A stretch of DNA of 64,000 nt from contig CAVSBL010000002.1 of assembly GCA_963726255.1 (NCBI GenBank), positions 1,568,001 through 1,632,000 on the forward strand, read 5' to 3'. This stretch comes from Candidatus Bathyarchaeota archaeon. GTDB taxonomy: Archaea > Thermoproteota > Bathyarchaeia > 40CM-2-53-6. The notes under the pieces were generated by a model, which worked only from the letters and a program-made list of their open reading frames with translations, was not told where the DNA came from and made no database searches. Position 1 is the stretch's first letter. Every line of letters begins with the position of its first letter. This document shows positions 1 through 10,186 of this stretch, piece after piece. The position numbers were made by a program, and so were the translations under genes.

Positions 1-1339
1 GAGCGCACTTGAAGGCCTGGGCAAGTCTCTTAGCGACGCAATGAAGAAGCTACTGCGAATGGCTGTCGTTGATGAAAAGGCAGTCAAGGAACTTGTCCGC
101 GACCTTCAACGAGCCCTGCTTCAATCCGACGTTAACGTTAACCTGGTTATGCAGATTTCCCAAGCAGTTGAAAAACGATCACTCGAAGAAAAGCTGCCCC
201 CTGGAATTTCGCGCCGCGAACACGTCGTAAAGGTTCTCTACGAGGAACTGACCCGATTCCTCGGAGAGGAACCAAGCAAACTCATCATCGAACCGGGCAA
301 AACCCAGGTGATCATGCTCGTTGGAATTCAGGGCACTGGGAAAACAACGGCTGCAGTGAAACTCGCACGCTTCTACCAGAAGCGCGGCCTGCGTCCCGCT
401 ATAATTTGCGCCGACACCTACCGGCCAGGAGCCTTCGACCAACTGAAGCAACTAGCTGACAAAGTCAACGTCCCTGTCTACGGTGAACCGAATTCCAAGA
501 ATACCCTGAAAATAGTCAAGAAGGGAATGGAACAATTCTCCAGCCAAAAGTACGACCTAATCATAGCGGACACTGCGGGGCGTCACAAAGACGAAGCAGA
601 ACTGATGTCCGAGATGCGGGATCTAGCCAAACAGATTCAACCCAACGAAATAATTCTCGCAATCGATGCCTCAATCGGCCAAGCAGCAATGTCTCAGGCA
701 GCCGCCTTCAATGAGAGCACAAAGATCGGTTCGATTCTTATAACAAAACTTGACGGAACGGCTAAGGGAGGAGGCGCACTCTCAGCCGTTGCTGCAACGC
801 ACGCGAAAATCAAGTTTGTTGGGACAGGGGAGAAGATCGAGGATATTGAACAGTTTATCCCATCCAGTTTTGTCGGCCGCCTCCTCGGAATGGGCGACAT
901 CAAAGCCCTGGTTGAGAGGGTTCGTGAAGCAGAAGTCGTTGTCCCACAGAAGAAAGCGAAGGCCTTCCTCGAAGGCAAGTTCACCCTGAAGGACATGTAC
1001 GACCAAATGGTCGCGGTTCGAAAAATGGGCCCCCTCAAGAAACTGGTTGGGATGATGCCTGGGGGCATGAACATACCAGACGACGCTATGGAATCCGCTG
1101 AGAAGAAGCTAGACGCGTGGCGTGTCATCATTCAATCTATGACGAAACATGAGATTGAGGATCCGAAACTCGTTGACTCCTCACGGGCGAGGAGAATCGC
1201 ACGTGGCTCTGGCACGTCAGAGAAGGAAGTCAAAGAAATGGTAAATCAGTACTTTATGATGAAGAAGATGATGAAGAGCATGAAACGCCGTGGCGCTGCC
1301 TTCGGCAGAGGAAAGATGCCTTTCCCAACACGTCCCTGA
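1..1339 (+). CDS. ffh: Signal recognition particle protein SRP54 (start codon cut by the window edge)
   Basis: GIQGTGKTT, DTYRPGA, DTAGRH and TKLDGTAKGGG SRP-GTPase motifs plus Met-rich M domain. Frame is open from base 2 (SALEGLGKSLSDAMKK), so the true start lies at or just before base 1. Confidence 0.97.
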   Translation, partial: SALEGLGKSLSDAMKKLLRMAVVDEKAVKELVRDLQRALLQSDVNVNLVMQISQAVEKRSLEEKLPPGISRREHVVKVLYEELTRFLGEEPSKLIIEPGKTQVIMLVGIQGTGKTTAAVKLARFYQKRGLRPAIICADTYRPGAFDQLKQLADKVNVPVYGEPNSKNTLKIVKKGMEQFSSQKYDLIIADTAGRHKDEAELMSEMRDLAKQIQPNEIILAIDASIGQAAMSQAAAFNESTKIGSILITKLDGTAKGGGALSAVAATHAKIKFVGTGEKIEDIEQFIPSSFVGRLLGMGDIKALVERVREAEVVVPQKKAKAFLEGKFTLKDMYDQMVAVRKMGPLKKLVGMMPGGMNIPDDAMESAEKKLDAWRVIIQSMTKHEIEDPKLVDSSRARRIARGSGTSEKEVKEMVNQYFMMKKMMKSMKRRGAAFGRGKMPFPTRP

Positions 1340-1412
1340 AAGACGCGAAAAATCTCCTAAGAAAGTTAATTAGCGTGCCCTTCATGTGCTAGCAAATTTC
1401 AGGTCATGACTC

Positions 1413-1706
1413 ATGGTAAGGCGCTCGAAGGGCTACCGCTCGAGGACGCGGGCTCTCTTCCGGAAGAGACCTCGCGAGCGAGGAAAAATAGGCCTCAGCA
1501 GAATTCTCCGAACCTACAAACCCGGCGAGAAAGTAACGATCATAATTGAGCCCTCAGTGCACAAGGGCATGCCGCACAGGCGCTACCATGGAAGGGTTGG
1601 AGTAATTCAAGCGAAACGTGGCAAGTCATACGTGGTTCACGTCACGATGGGCAATCAGACGAAACAGATTATCTCGCGACCTGAACACCTTACCCCTGTA
1701 CGTTGA
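1413..1706 (+). CDS. rpl21e: 50S ribosomal protein L21e
   Basis: SKGYRSRTR and KGMPHRRYHGRVG motifs; conserved neighbour of rpoF. Confidence 0.97.
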   Translation: MVRRSKGYRSRTRALFRKRPRERGKIGLSRILRTYKPGEKVTIIIEPSVHKGMPHRRYHGRVGVIQAKRGKSYVVHVTMGNQTKQIISRPEHLTPVR

Positions 1707-2051
1707 GTGAACCGATTGCCCAGGAAGATTGTCGATTCTAAGCCCACCACGACCACTGAAGCCAAGAGAACCCTCGAACGCGCAAAGGAAGAGGAACTGG
1801 GCGAATTTCAGAGGCGGACACTTGACTACGCCTCCAAGTTCGCCAAAGTATCCCCCGCTAAAGCTGAGAAGCTAGTACGGGAATTATCAGAGAAACATCA
1901 ACTCGAACGAAAGGATGCAATTCAAGTCGTCAACACAATGCCCCGTTACATCGAAGAGCTACGTGCAATCCTCACAGTCAAAGGAAGAATAATCAGCGGT
2001 ACTCAACTGGAAGACATTCTGAAACTTCTCAATAGCTATCGAGAAGATTAA
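1707..2051 (+). CDS. rpoF: RNA polymerase subunit Rpo4 (F)
   Basis: EFQRRTLDYASKF and AIQVVNTMP..IEELRAIL; canonical L21e-rpoF-DUF655 order. Confidence 0.92.
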   Translation: MNRLPRKIVDSKPTTTTEAKRTLERAKEEELGEFQRRTLDYASKFAKVSPAKAEKLVRELSEKHQLERKDAIQVVNTMPRYIEELRAILTVKGRIISGTQLEDILKLLNSYRED

Positions 2052-2239
2052 CCCCCCGAGCGATTCCTAAACATAATACGGGGAAACCTTTTTCCCTTGC
2101 AAACCCTCAATTCTAAGCGGATATGCTCAACGTTGCCAGGCACTGGCCATTCTGCCACAATCACTAAGAAGACACAGAGGCTAAACCCCTACTTCCTTTA
2201 GCGCGTAATGTTGCGCAAACGATTTCTGGAGAGATTAGA

Positions 2240-2896
2240 ATGAGCGAGAGTACAAGAAATTCAGATGAAATGCGGAGTGCGAGTTCGGGTCCCTCAGGGT
2301 TCAGGCCAACGGCCAGAAGTGGTGTGGAGGGCGGCATCCCACCGCGACTTTACGAAGAATACGCGTACGTGCTAGATTATTTGCAATACGGCCGACCGGG
2401 AACGGACAAGCCTAGACACCTTGCGCTGCCAACTGTTCAGGTGATCGGTGAAACATACTTCACACTCCTTGAGGCCGAAATACGTACTGGAACTCAGGTG
2501 AACCTTCACGAGCGCGTCTACATTGGGAAAGACCGACGGGAGAAAATCAACCGTATCATCGGAAGAATCGGTTACAACGACCTAACTGCAAACGCGAAAG
2601 CCGAACTCCTCTCGGTCCTGGAAGACCTAATCGCACAGCAAGAGCAGCGATTTGTTGCCTTTTTCAACAATTCCCAAGCTATCACACCACGCATGCACGC
2701 ACTAGAGCTGCTCCCGGGAATCGGGAAAAAATCAATGTGGCAGATAATCAACGCGAGAGAAAAAAAGCCATTCACGTCATTCAAGGAAATTCGCGAACGA
2801 ACAAGCATCGGAGACCCGATCAAAGTAGTAGCCAAAAGGATCATGGACGAATTGACCGGGGGAGAAAAATACCGGGTCTTCTCCAGAGCACTATAG
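2240..2896 (+). CDS. DUF655 family putative RNA-binding protein
   Basis: EEYAYVLDYL, GETYFTLLE, RMHALELLPGIGKK (HhH); conserved gene order. Confidence 0.92.
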   Translation: MSESTRNSDEMRSASSGPSGFRPTARSGVEGGIPPRLYEEYAYVLDYLQYGRPGTDKPRHLALPTVQVIGETYFTLLEAEIRTGTQVNLHERVYIGKDRREKINRIIGRIGYNDLTANAKAELLSVLEDLIAQQEQRFVAFFNNSQAITPRMHALELLPGIGKKSMWQIINAREKKPFTSFKEIRERTSIGDPIKVVAKRIMDELTGGEKYRVFSRAL

Positions 2897-2927
2897 ACAA
2901 AAGCACCAATGCGTTGAGAGAGCTGGT

Positions 2928-4028
2928 TTGCGCAATAGGGTAATCCTGCATGTAGACCTCGACTACTTCTACGCCCAGTGCGAAGAGAACAGAAAACCAG
3001 ACATCCGCGGAAAACCCGTAGTAGTTTGCGTATATTCCGGCCGAACTGAGGAAAGCGGAGTAGTCAGCACCTCCAATTACCTAGCAAGGAAATATGGCGT
3101 AAAAGCAGGCATACCCATCGCTCGAGCAAAGAAACTCCTCGAATCCGCAAACCCCGTGTTCCTTCCAATGGACCGCTCCTATTACGAACAGGTCTCCGAA
3201 AGGATAATGGAAATCTTGAGAGGGCAAGGCGATGCATTTGAAAAGGTGGGAATAGACGAAGCCTACATAGAAATTTCAACAAGAGCAAACAACAAGTTCG
3301 AACAAACTGAAAACATCGCGGCCGACGTTAAACGAAAAATACTCACCGAGGAGCAGATCACCTGCTCAATTGGAATCGCACCCAACAAGCTCGTTGCCAA
3401 GATTGCCTCCGACGAGAGAAAGCCGGATGGGCTTACGGTGGTGAGGCCGGAAGAGGTCGAGGATTTCCTGGCACAATTGCCAGCATCACGGATACCTGGA
3501 GTAGGAAAGAAGGTGGAAGACAAACTGGATCAAATGCATGTTAAGACAGTCGCTGAACTTTCGACGCTCAGCCCGGCGAGGCTCGTTGAAAACTTCGGGA
3601 AGAGCCTAGGAGGTTATCTTTTTCGGGCCGCCCGGGGGGAGGATGATGAAGCAGTAAAGGAAAGGGAACAACCGACACAGCTAAGCCGAATTGCCACCTT
3701 GAAACGGAATACACATGACCTGCCAGAAATACTTCCCCTGCTAAGCGAATTAGCAAATACCGTAACAGCCAACCTGAACGAGAAAGGCATGACGTGCAGG
3801 TCGGTAGCAATCATAGCCATACTGAACGACTTGTCGATTCACACCAAATCGAAAACATTGGAACAACCAACCGCAGATGACAAAATCATCGTGAAAGCTA
3901 CGCACGACTTGATGAAGGAATTCTTAGACTCGATGTCCGCTGCTATGGTTCGACGAACAGGAGTCAAACTCTCCACATTATCTAAACCAACAGGACAGAC
4001 AGACATCGCCAACTTCCTGAAGGTGTAA
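2928..4028 (+). CDS. dinB: Y-family DNA polymerase IV (Dbh/DinB)
   Basis: HVDLDYFYAQ, SNYLARKYGVKAG, GIDEAY and KPDG motifs; C-terminal PIP-box-like QTDIANFL. Confidence 0.95.
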   Translation: MRNRVILHVDLDYFYAQCEENRKPDIRGKPVVVCVYSGRTEESGVVSTSNYLARKYGVKAGIPIARAKKLLESANPVFLPMDRSYYEQVSERIMEILRGQGDAFEKVGIDEAYIEISTRANNKFEQTENIAADVKRKILTEEQITCSIGIAPNKLVAKIASDERKPDGLTVVRPEEVEDFLAQLPASRIPGVGKKVEDKLDQMHVKTVAELSTLSPARLVENFGKSLGGYLFRAARGEDDEAVKEREQPTQLSRIATLKRNTHDLPEILPLLSELANTVTANLNEKGMTCRSVAIIAILNDLSIHTKSKTLEQPTADDKIIVKATHDLMKEFLDSMSAAMVRRTGVKLSTLSKPTGQTDIANFLKV

Positions 4029-4074
4029 CCTCGAGCAGAGTCCGCCAGCCATCAAATCGGTTGAGGAATCTACT

Positions 4075-4899
4075 ATGGCCTGGGTTCGAAGAGAGCTTGA
4101 CTCGATAGGCGTACCTCCGCTCAAACGATTCGGACAAAACTTTCTAATTGACAAAGGCGTTCGCGAACGTCTAATTGAGCTGGCTGAGCTAACAGTTGAT
4201 GATACGGTCCTTGAGGTAGGGCCCGGCCTCGGATTCTTGACCGAGGCTTTGATAAACAGAGCAGGGCACGTAATGGCGATCGAGAAGGATCGGACGCTTG
4301 CTGCATACCTGAAAGCGAAATTCTCCCACCAAAGGAACTTGACAGTTGTTGAAGGGGACGCACTAACCGCACACATCCCTGATGGTTCAAAAGTTGTTTC
4401 CAGTCCCCCCTACAACATTTCGTCAAAGCTCATACTGCTAATTATGAACAGTCGATTTCGATTGGCGGCATTGTTGATGCAGGAAGAGTTTGTCCGAAGA
4501 TTAACAGCTTCTAGCGGATCCCGAGAGTATGGACGAATCAGCGTGATGCTGCAATCTAAGGCTGTCGCAGAATTTGTTATGAAAGTCCCTCGGGAGGCAT
4601 TCTATCCGAAACCGAGAGTTGATTCCGCTTTCGTCACAATCAGGCCAACCAGCGACAACCTTCAGATCAAAAACCAGGAATTGTTTGTTGATATGGTACG
4701 TTCGCTGTTTACCCAACGCCGACGAATGCTGAGGGGAGTCTTGGTGAGATACCTGAAGGCGCGATACCCCACACGATGCAACACGATAATTCAACACGTA
4801 ACCCTTCTTGACAAGCGAATCTACGAACTCAATCCAAGAGAATTGATGACGTTGTCAAACCAGATCGTTGACGCAACTACAGAATCCGAGCGTGATTGA
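4075..4899 (+). CDS. rsmA: 16S rRNA m6,6A dimethyltransferase RsmA/KsgA
   Basis: GQNFL, VLEVGPGLG, SPPYNIS, FYPKPRVDS. Confidence 0.95.
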   Translation: MAWVRRELDSIGVPPLKRFGQNFLIDKGVRERLIELAELTVDDTVLEVGPGLGFLTEALINRAGHVMAIEKDRTLAAYLKAKFSHQRNLTVVEGDALTAHIPDGSKVVSSPPYNISSKLILLIMNSRFRLAALLMQEEFVRRLTASSGSREYGRISVMLQSKAVAEFVMKVPREAFYPKPRVDSAFVTIRPTSDNLQIKNQELFVDMVRSLFTQRRRMLRGVLVRYLKARYPTRCNTIIQHVTLLDKRIYELNPRELMTLSNQIVDATTESERD

Positions 4900-5596
4900 A
4901 TCGCCGATTAGAGTAATCCTCCTGGGACCAGAGACAGGAGGAAACATTGGCTCTGTAGCCCGATCGATGAAAAATTTCCAGCTAAACGACCTCTGGATCG
5001 TGAAACCGAAAACGCCCATCAATAACGAGGCGAAGGCTTTCGCAATGAGAGGCCTGGATATCCTCGAGTGTGCAAAAGTCGTCGGGGCACTCAAGAAAGC
5101 GTTGAAAGGCGTGGACTTGGTTGTAGGAACGAGTTCTGTGGTTGCAACAAGCACATCCAACCTCTCCAGAGTATCAATCACACCAACCGAACTCGCTGAA
5201 AGAGTACGTGCCGCCAAAGGAACCGTCGGGATTATCTTCGGGAGAGAGAGCTCCGGATTAAGTAACCGAGAAGTGGAAACCTGCGACCTGATGGTCACAA
5301 TACCCGCAAGCCGCGACTACAATGTGTTGAACATAGCAACGGCCGCCTCAATCATCTTCTACGAAATCTTCCACCAAAGAATAAGAGGGCGAAGCTTCGA
5401 GTTGGCTTCTAGACCTGCCATGGAAAGGCTCCTTCAACAATTCAACAGACTGCTGATACGAAGCAACATCCAGGCGCATAGGCGTAGACTCGCCCAACGC
5501 GCTTTCCGCAACGTGGTCTCACGGTCTTTTGTCACAAAACGCGAGGCGTCGCTTCTTCTAGGGCTATTTAGGAAGGTACACGCAGAACTAACGTAA
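4892..5596 (+). CDS. trmJ: SPOUT tRNA 2'-O-methyltransferase TrmJ family
   Basis: GNIGSVARSMKNF, IIFGRESSGL.N.E, LNIATA; GTG start chosen because it overlaps the rsmA end. Confidence 0.88.
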   Translation: MIESPIRVILLGPETGGNIGSVARSMKNFQLNDLWIVKPKTPINNEAKAFAMRGLDILECAKVVGALKKALKGVDLVVGTSSVVATSTSNLSRVSITPTELAERVRAAKGTVGIIFGRESSGLSNREVETCDLMVTIPASRDYNVLNIATAASIIFYEIFHQRIRGRSFELASRPAMERLLQQFNRLLIRSNIQAHRRRLAQRAFRNVVSRSFVTKREASLLLGLFRKVHAELT

Positions 5597-5634
5597 CCCA
5601 TTCTAACGGATGAAAGATTCTACAGCGATATCCT

Positions 5635-6243
5635 ATGAAAACGCCGACAGTCATCCTCATTGCAGTCTTGGTAATTGTGATGCCACCAGCTGCGGCCGCG
5701 TCTGGAACCGGAACGGTCACAATTCAGATTCAAGGGTATGGAACCGTTCACGGCCAGTTGCAGAACACACTCATTCAAGCAGACAATAGCGTAGCGATGT
5801 CAATGTTGGTGGACGATCAACTCCAGACGTCTCAGGGCTCTTTCCCTTTGCAGGCGACGGGCGAGTGGACCGGGATTCTCAGCAATTCGACATTGTCGGG
5901 CACGATCCATGATGTTCAAGGAAAGATTCACGTCTGCGTAATTTTATCCTGTAATGATGTTGACTTCACCGGCCACGGGAATTGGACTGGGCAACTTCAA
6001 ACCGGCTCACTTGGAAGCGGAAACCTCACCGGAACGATAACTATCACGAACTCTCCGTATCCTCAGATTCCGCAAGGCCAAGGAATTCCTATTTACGGCG
6101 CATGGGCGGCGGATTTCACATCTTCCGTTCCTGAGTTCAATTCCAACCTCAGCCTCCTACTACTTGCAACCGTAACGGCTGCAATTATTCTAACGCGCCG
6201 AAAAACGGAGAACGCAAAAGGCACCGACCAAGTTTCGACTTGA
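5635..6243 (+). CDS. Secreted beta-rich protein with PEF-CTERM-type sorting signal
   Basis: N-terminal signal peptide, Gly/Thr/Asn-rich body, C-terminal VPEF + hydrophobic helix + RRK. Confidence 0.75.
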   Translation: MKTPTVILIAVLVIVMPPAAAASGTGTVTIQIQGYGTVHGQLQNTLIQADNSVAMSMLVDDQLQTSQGSFPLQATGEWTGILSNSTLSGTIHDVQGKIHVCVILSCNDVDFTGHGNWTGQLQTGSLGSGNLTGTITITNSPYPQIPQGQGIPIYGAWAADFTSSVPEFNSNLSLLLLATVTAAIILTRRKTENAKGTDQVST

Positions 6244-6303
6244 TAGCATGTAAACTTAAGTAACACTCAACGCAATCACGCTAAACTCCCCGGTGAATTA
6301 GAT

Positions 6304-6828
6304 ATGAAGGGCAGGAACTACAGGCAAATCAAAGGCCAACCATATACTAGGGGAAAGTACATTCACGGCACTCCTCCGCCGAAAATCTCAAAGTTCATGA
6401 TGGGCGACACGAAATCGCATTTCGAATACAAAATATCCCTGGTTGCACAGAGCCCTGAACAGATTCGCCATAATGCACTCGAAGCTGCTCGCGTTTCCGC
6501 AAACAAGGTGTTGTTCGACGTATTGGGCGAAACGGGCTACAAGATTCACCTCCGTGTCTACCCTCACGTCATTCTACGAGAGAACCGGATGATCGCAACG
6601 GCAGGCGCCGACAGGTTGCAAGAGGGAATGCGAAGAGCCTTCGGTAAACCAACCGGCAGAGCCGCGAGGGTCAAGACAGGGCAGTCAATCCTAGACATTT
6701 ACGTTAACAGCAACGCGGTCGACACTGCCAAGAAAGCAATGCACGTCGCGTCCACAAAACTTGCAGTTGCCTGTATCGTAACGCAAGAAGCCCTGGCACC
6801 GTTACCTACCCCGGTCGTAGTGAAATGA
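6304..6828 (+). CDS. rpl10e: 50S ribosomal protein L10e (uL16)
   Basis: QIRHNALEAAR and RENRMIATAGADRLQEGMRRAFGKP. Confidence 0.97.
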   Translation: MKGRNYRQIKGQPYTRGKYIHGTPPPKISKFMMGDTKSHFEYKISLVAQSPEQIRHNALEAARVSANKVLFDVLGETGYKIHLRVYPHVILRENRMIATAGADRLQEGMRRAFGKPTGRAARVKTGQSILDIYVNSNAVDTAKKAMHVASTKLAVACIVTQEALAPLPTPVVVK

Positions 6829-7002
6829 GCTCCCGGCGTAGCGAACTCTCCAGAAAATTCCGCGGAAAAATCCTCGAGGCCGACCTACGTGAGTTTGCAC
6901 GTCATGCGCGGGGAGTTGCGTCGACAATTGCTAGATCAGAATACTATTCAATGGTTCTGTTCGCAGCGGGCCTCATAATTCCGAAGATGCTGAGCGCCCC
7001 CC

Positions 7003-7725
7003 TTATTTCTGACCACAAACTAACGCGACCACACCTAACGTCATCTTCTCGGAAAATGTACGCTTGAATCCTGCGCCGAGGAGCGCGTCCGAGGTTTCAT
7101 CCGCTGAGGCGGATTCCAGTATCGTATTTGCAAGATAGGTCAAAGTTCGTTTCCAATAGCTGGAAACTAGTCCACCAAGAGGGGGAAGGACGTGAAATAT
7201 GTGGAAATTGTAGAGCCGCCACACGATAGCCCCTTCTGGCCTTACGAAGTCGACTGAAAGAAACCAACCTGATCGAAGCAGAACTCTCAGCGTGTCCCGG
7301 AACGCAGCCAATTTGTCGCCAAAGTTACGCAACGCCAAACCAACCGTCACGTACCTGAAACTTTCAGAGCGAAATGGAAGAGCCTCGCCGGCAGCCCTTA
7401 CAAAATCCACCTTAAGCCCTCCGCGAATCTTGTGCTTTTTTCGGTTAGCTATACTCAGCATCGCAGGACTCAGATCCAAACCCACGACCCAACCGTCCTG
7501 CTTAAGCACACGGCTCAACTCGAAAGTAACTAACCCTGTCCCGCAAGCCAAGTCCAATATCATGACCTCTCGTGAGAAATCCATTTTAGCGAACATGCGC
7601 CTCCTCCAAACCCAGTCGAATGAAAGCGTCATCAAGTGGAGTAAGGCATCGTACTCTCTCTCCACATCGGTGAAGATTACTCTGACGAATCTCGCCTTAT
7701 CAACGAACATTGTTGGAATTTCCAT
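7003..7725 (-). CDS. UbiE/MenG-family quinone C-methyltransferase
   Basis: F..V...YD..., ILDLACGTG, GLDLSPAML, LPF, LRNF motifs. Confidence 0.82.
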   Translation of the reverse strand: MEIPTMFVDKARFVRVIFTDVEREYDALLHLMTLSFDWVWRRRMFAKMDFSREVMILDLACGTGLVTFELSRVLKQDGWVVGLDLSPAMLSIANRKKHKIRGGLKVDFVRAAGEALPFRSESFRYVTVGLALRNFGDKLAAFRDTLRVLLRSGWFLSVDFVRPEGAIVWRLYNFHIFHVLPPLGGLVSSYWKRTLTYLANTILESASADETSDALLGAGFKRTFSEKMTLGVVALVCGQK

Positions 7726-7798
7726 CTGAGTCCCTCGCTTCAGCGCCTCTCACGCAAAGGAACGGTTAAGTTGTGCAGTAAGCCTGCTACACCGATGT

Positions 7799-8815
7799 TT
7801 GGCAATGTTCCAACTGGAAGAAGATAGAATAATAGATGAGATAAGAAGGCGCGGTTCAAAACGTATCCTTCTCCAAATGCCTGAAGGCCTGAAACCAACC
7901 GGATTTCGACTGGCAAAGTTACTCGAGAAGGAGACAAAAGCCGAAGTATTCGTCTCAGGTGACCCTTGTTACGGCGCCTGCGACCTTGCGCTCTACCCGC
8001 AGAAACATGTTGACGCTGATTTACTGGTCCACCTCGGGCACGCGGAGATTCCTGGGGAATTCCCTGACGAGAACGTTCTGTACGTTGAAGTGCGAGCGGA
8101 TGTGTCAATAGTAGAACCGATGATCCAAGCCGTCAAATTGCTAGAGAAGGAGCACGTGATCGGGCTCGCTTCAAACATCCAGCATATTCACCAGATCGAT
8201 AAAGCTAGAGAAATTCTGGAAGAACACGGAAAGCAAGTGCTCATCGGTCGGCCCTCGGGCTGGCTGAAGTATCCCGGGCAAGTTCTGGGATGCGATTATG
8301 GCAGCGTCAGAGCGATCGCAGGAAAAATCGACGCCGTAGTAATCTTGAGCGGGGGGGATTTTCACGCGCTCGGTATTCCGCTAGCAATAGGCAAAAGGAC
8401 CATCGTCGTCGACCCATTTCAGCAAACAGCGAAGGACATGACCGAAGTCTGCCGAAAGCTTCTCCGGAAGAGGTGGATCAGCATTGAAAGATTCAAGCAA
8501 GCTGGGAGGATCGGAATCATCGTAGGTTTGAAGAGTAGTCAAATGAACATCTCCCTTGCGCGGCGGCTGAAGGAGCTCTTGGAGGAGAAGGGATATTCAA
8601 CTATCCTGATTTGTGCAACCGAGGTGATTCCGGAAACCTTGGGATCCTTCACGGACCTAGATGCCTACGTCGAAATCTCATGCCCACGAATAAGCACCGA
8701 CGACCAAGAACGATATCGAAAGCCTATTCTCAACCCAGAAGAAGTGATGATAGCGTTAGGCAAGAAGAGCTGGGAAGATTACACGAAAGGAATGACGTTA
8801 GAGGAGTGGCACTAG
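7799..8815 (+). CDS. dph2: Diphthamide biosynthesis radical-SAM enzyme Dph2
   Basis: QMPEGLK, GDPCYGACD, GQVLGC and CPRI carry the three Fe-S cysteines. Confidence 0.95.
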   Translation: MAMFQLEEDRIIDEIRRRGSKRILLQMPEGLKPTGFRLAKLLEKETKAEVFVSGDPCYGACDLALYPQKHVDADLLVHLGHAEIPGEFPDENVLYVEVRADVSIVEPMIQAVKLLEKEHVIGLASNIQHIHQIDKAREILEEHGKQVLIGRPSGWLKYPGQVLGCDYGSVRAIAGKIDAVVILSGGDFHALGIPLAIGKRTIVVDPFQQTAKDMTEVCRKLLRKRWISIERFKQAGRIGIIVGLKSSQMNISLARRLKELLEEKGYSTILICATEVIPETLGSFTDLDAYVEISCPRISTDDQERYRKPILNPEEVMIALGKKSWEDYTKGMTLEEWH

Positions 8816-8822
8816 CCACCGC

Positions 8823-9467
8823 TTGGGCTTGAAGGCCCTAATCTTGTCCCCCCGACAAGTCCTCATACGCAAGCGCGACCTAGCCATCAAACTCCAGCAA
8901 GTAAGTCCACACCCCGACCCTAAAGTCGCCCTTGAGCAGTACACTATCCCAGCCGGACTAGCTGCAAGCATCCTCTTCGAAGCATGCTACATATACGATG
9001 ACATCGAGAACAAATCGGTGGTAGACCTCGGAACGGGAACGGGCAGACTCGCGCTAGGCGCTTCAATCCTCGGCGCGGAATACGTGGTCGGGGTTGACCT
9101 AGACATGCCCAGCCTTGGTGTCGCATTAAGGCATGCCAAACTGCTGGGGTTACGCCCAGATTGGATACATGGTGACATCGAATGCTTACGAGGGAGGGTC
9201 AACACGGTTCTAATGAACCCACCATTTGGCACCAGACAACCCCATGCTGATATTCACTTTCTTCAGGTTGCGTTAGCCTTGGGGGCAACAGTCTATAGTA
9301 TCCACAAGTCTGCAACTCGACGGTATCTCATTCGCTGGCTGCACGGACGGGCGGACCTAACTGAAAGAATTCTGAGCGCAAGAATGGAAATTCCACATCA
9401 ATTCTCCTTTCACAGAAAGCAAAGGCACCAAGTGGAAGTTGACGTATTCAGAATTCACCCAAGCTAG
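8823..9467 (+). CDS. METTL5-family N6-adenine RNA methyltransferase
   Basis: LEQY.., DLGTGTG, NPPFG, YSIHK, FSFH. Confidence 0.9.
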   Translation: MGLKALILSPRQVLIRKRDLAIKLQQVSPHPDPKVALEQYTIPAGLAASILFEACYIYDDIENKSVVDLGTGTGRLALGASILGAEYVVGVDLDMPSLGVALRHAKLLGLRPDWIHGDIECLRGRVNTVLMNPPFGTRQPHADIHFLQVALALGATVYSIHKSATRRYLIRWLHGRADLTERILSARMEIPHQFSFHRKQRHQVEVDVFRIHPS

Positions 9468-9602
9468 TTTCTTTTTCCGCCTGCCCTTATATACAGGGCT
9501 GCACCTACCGCCCTCAAATCGCGCAACTGTTGGAGAAATATCTTCGAACCGCTGACTCGGCGAAGAAATTCAAATCAGGATTAATACTCTGGTGGTTAAA
9601 AT

Positions 9603-10175
9603 TTGAGTAAGACACCACGTGAGATGGCCCAACCCGTTCTCCCCGGCGACAAGTTAGGGGTCGTGGAACAGTTCCTGCCTGGTATTGGCACATACGAAGA
9701 GGAAGGCACTATCTATGCGAACTTCACAGGAACTGCAAGAATTGATCTGAAGAACAAACGCGTGACCGTCGTTCCAACCACAAGGATCCCGCAACTACCA
9801 AAGGAAGGAACAACCGTCCTTGCTTCCGTCATACACGCGCAGGAGAAAATGGCGACTGTGAATATTTGGAAGATCGACGGCAAGGCGCTGCAGAACCCGT
9901 TCACCGCAATCCTCCATATTTCGTCGTCGAGCCCACGGTATGAGAGAAACATGTCTGACGTATGTAAGTCAGGGGATATACTCCGGGCGCGGGTGATTGA
10001 TATGACGAACAGAATTCCCAAATTGACCACAGCGGGCCGCGGTCTAGGCGTGATTAAGGCGTTCTGCTCCAAGTGTGGAGCTGCCTTGGAGTTCACGAAC
10101 AGAAAGCTCCAGTGTCCATCTTGCGGAAACCTTGAGAGAAGGAGGCTCGCAGAGGATTACGGCCAAGCTACCTGA
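9603..10175 (+). CDS. csl4: Exosome RNA-binding subunit Csl4
   Basis: VLPGDKLG..E, S1 domain, GDILRARV, LGVI.A.C..C...CPSCG..E.R. Confidence 0.95.
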   Translation: MSKTPREMAQPVLPGDKLGVVEQFLPGIGTYEEEGTIYANFTGTARIDLKNKRVTVVPTTRIPQLPKEGTTVLASVIHAQEKMATVNIWKIDGKALQNPFTAILHISSSSPRYERNMSDVCKSGDILRARVIDMTNRIPKLTTAGRGLGVIKAFCSKCGAALEFTNRKLQCPSCGNLERRRLAEDYGQAT

Positions 10176-10186
10176 AGGTGCAACCA

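Noticed and set aside
6930-6985. Possible C/D-box sRNA on the minus strand (ATTATGA...CAGA...CTGA)
   Set aside because: C box is degenerate, there is no convincing C' box or second guide, and I recognised no rRNA/tRNA target.
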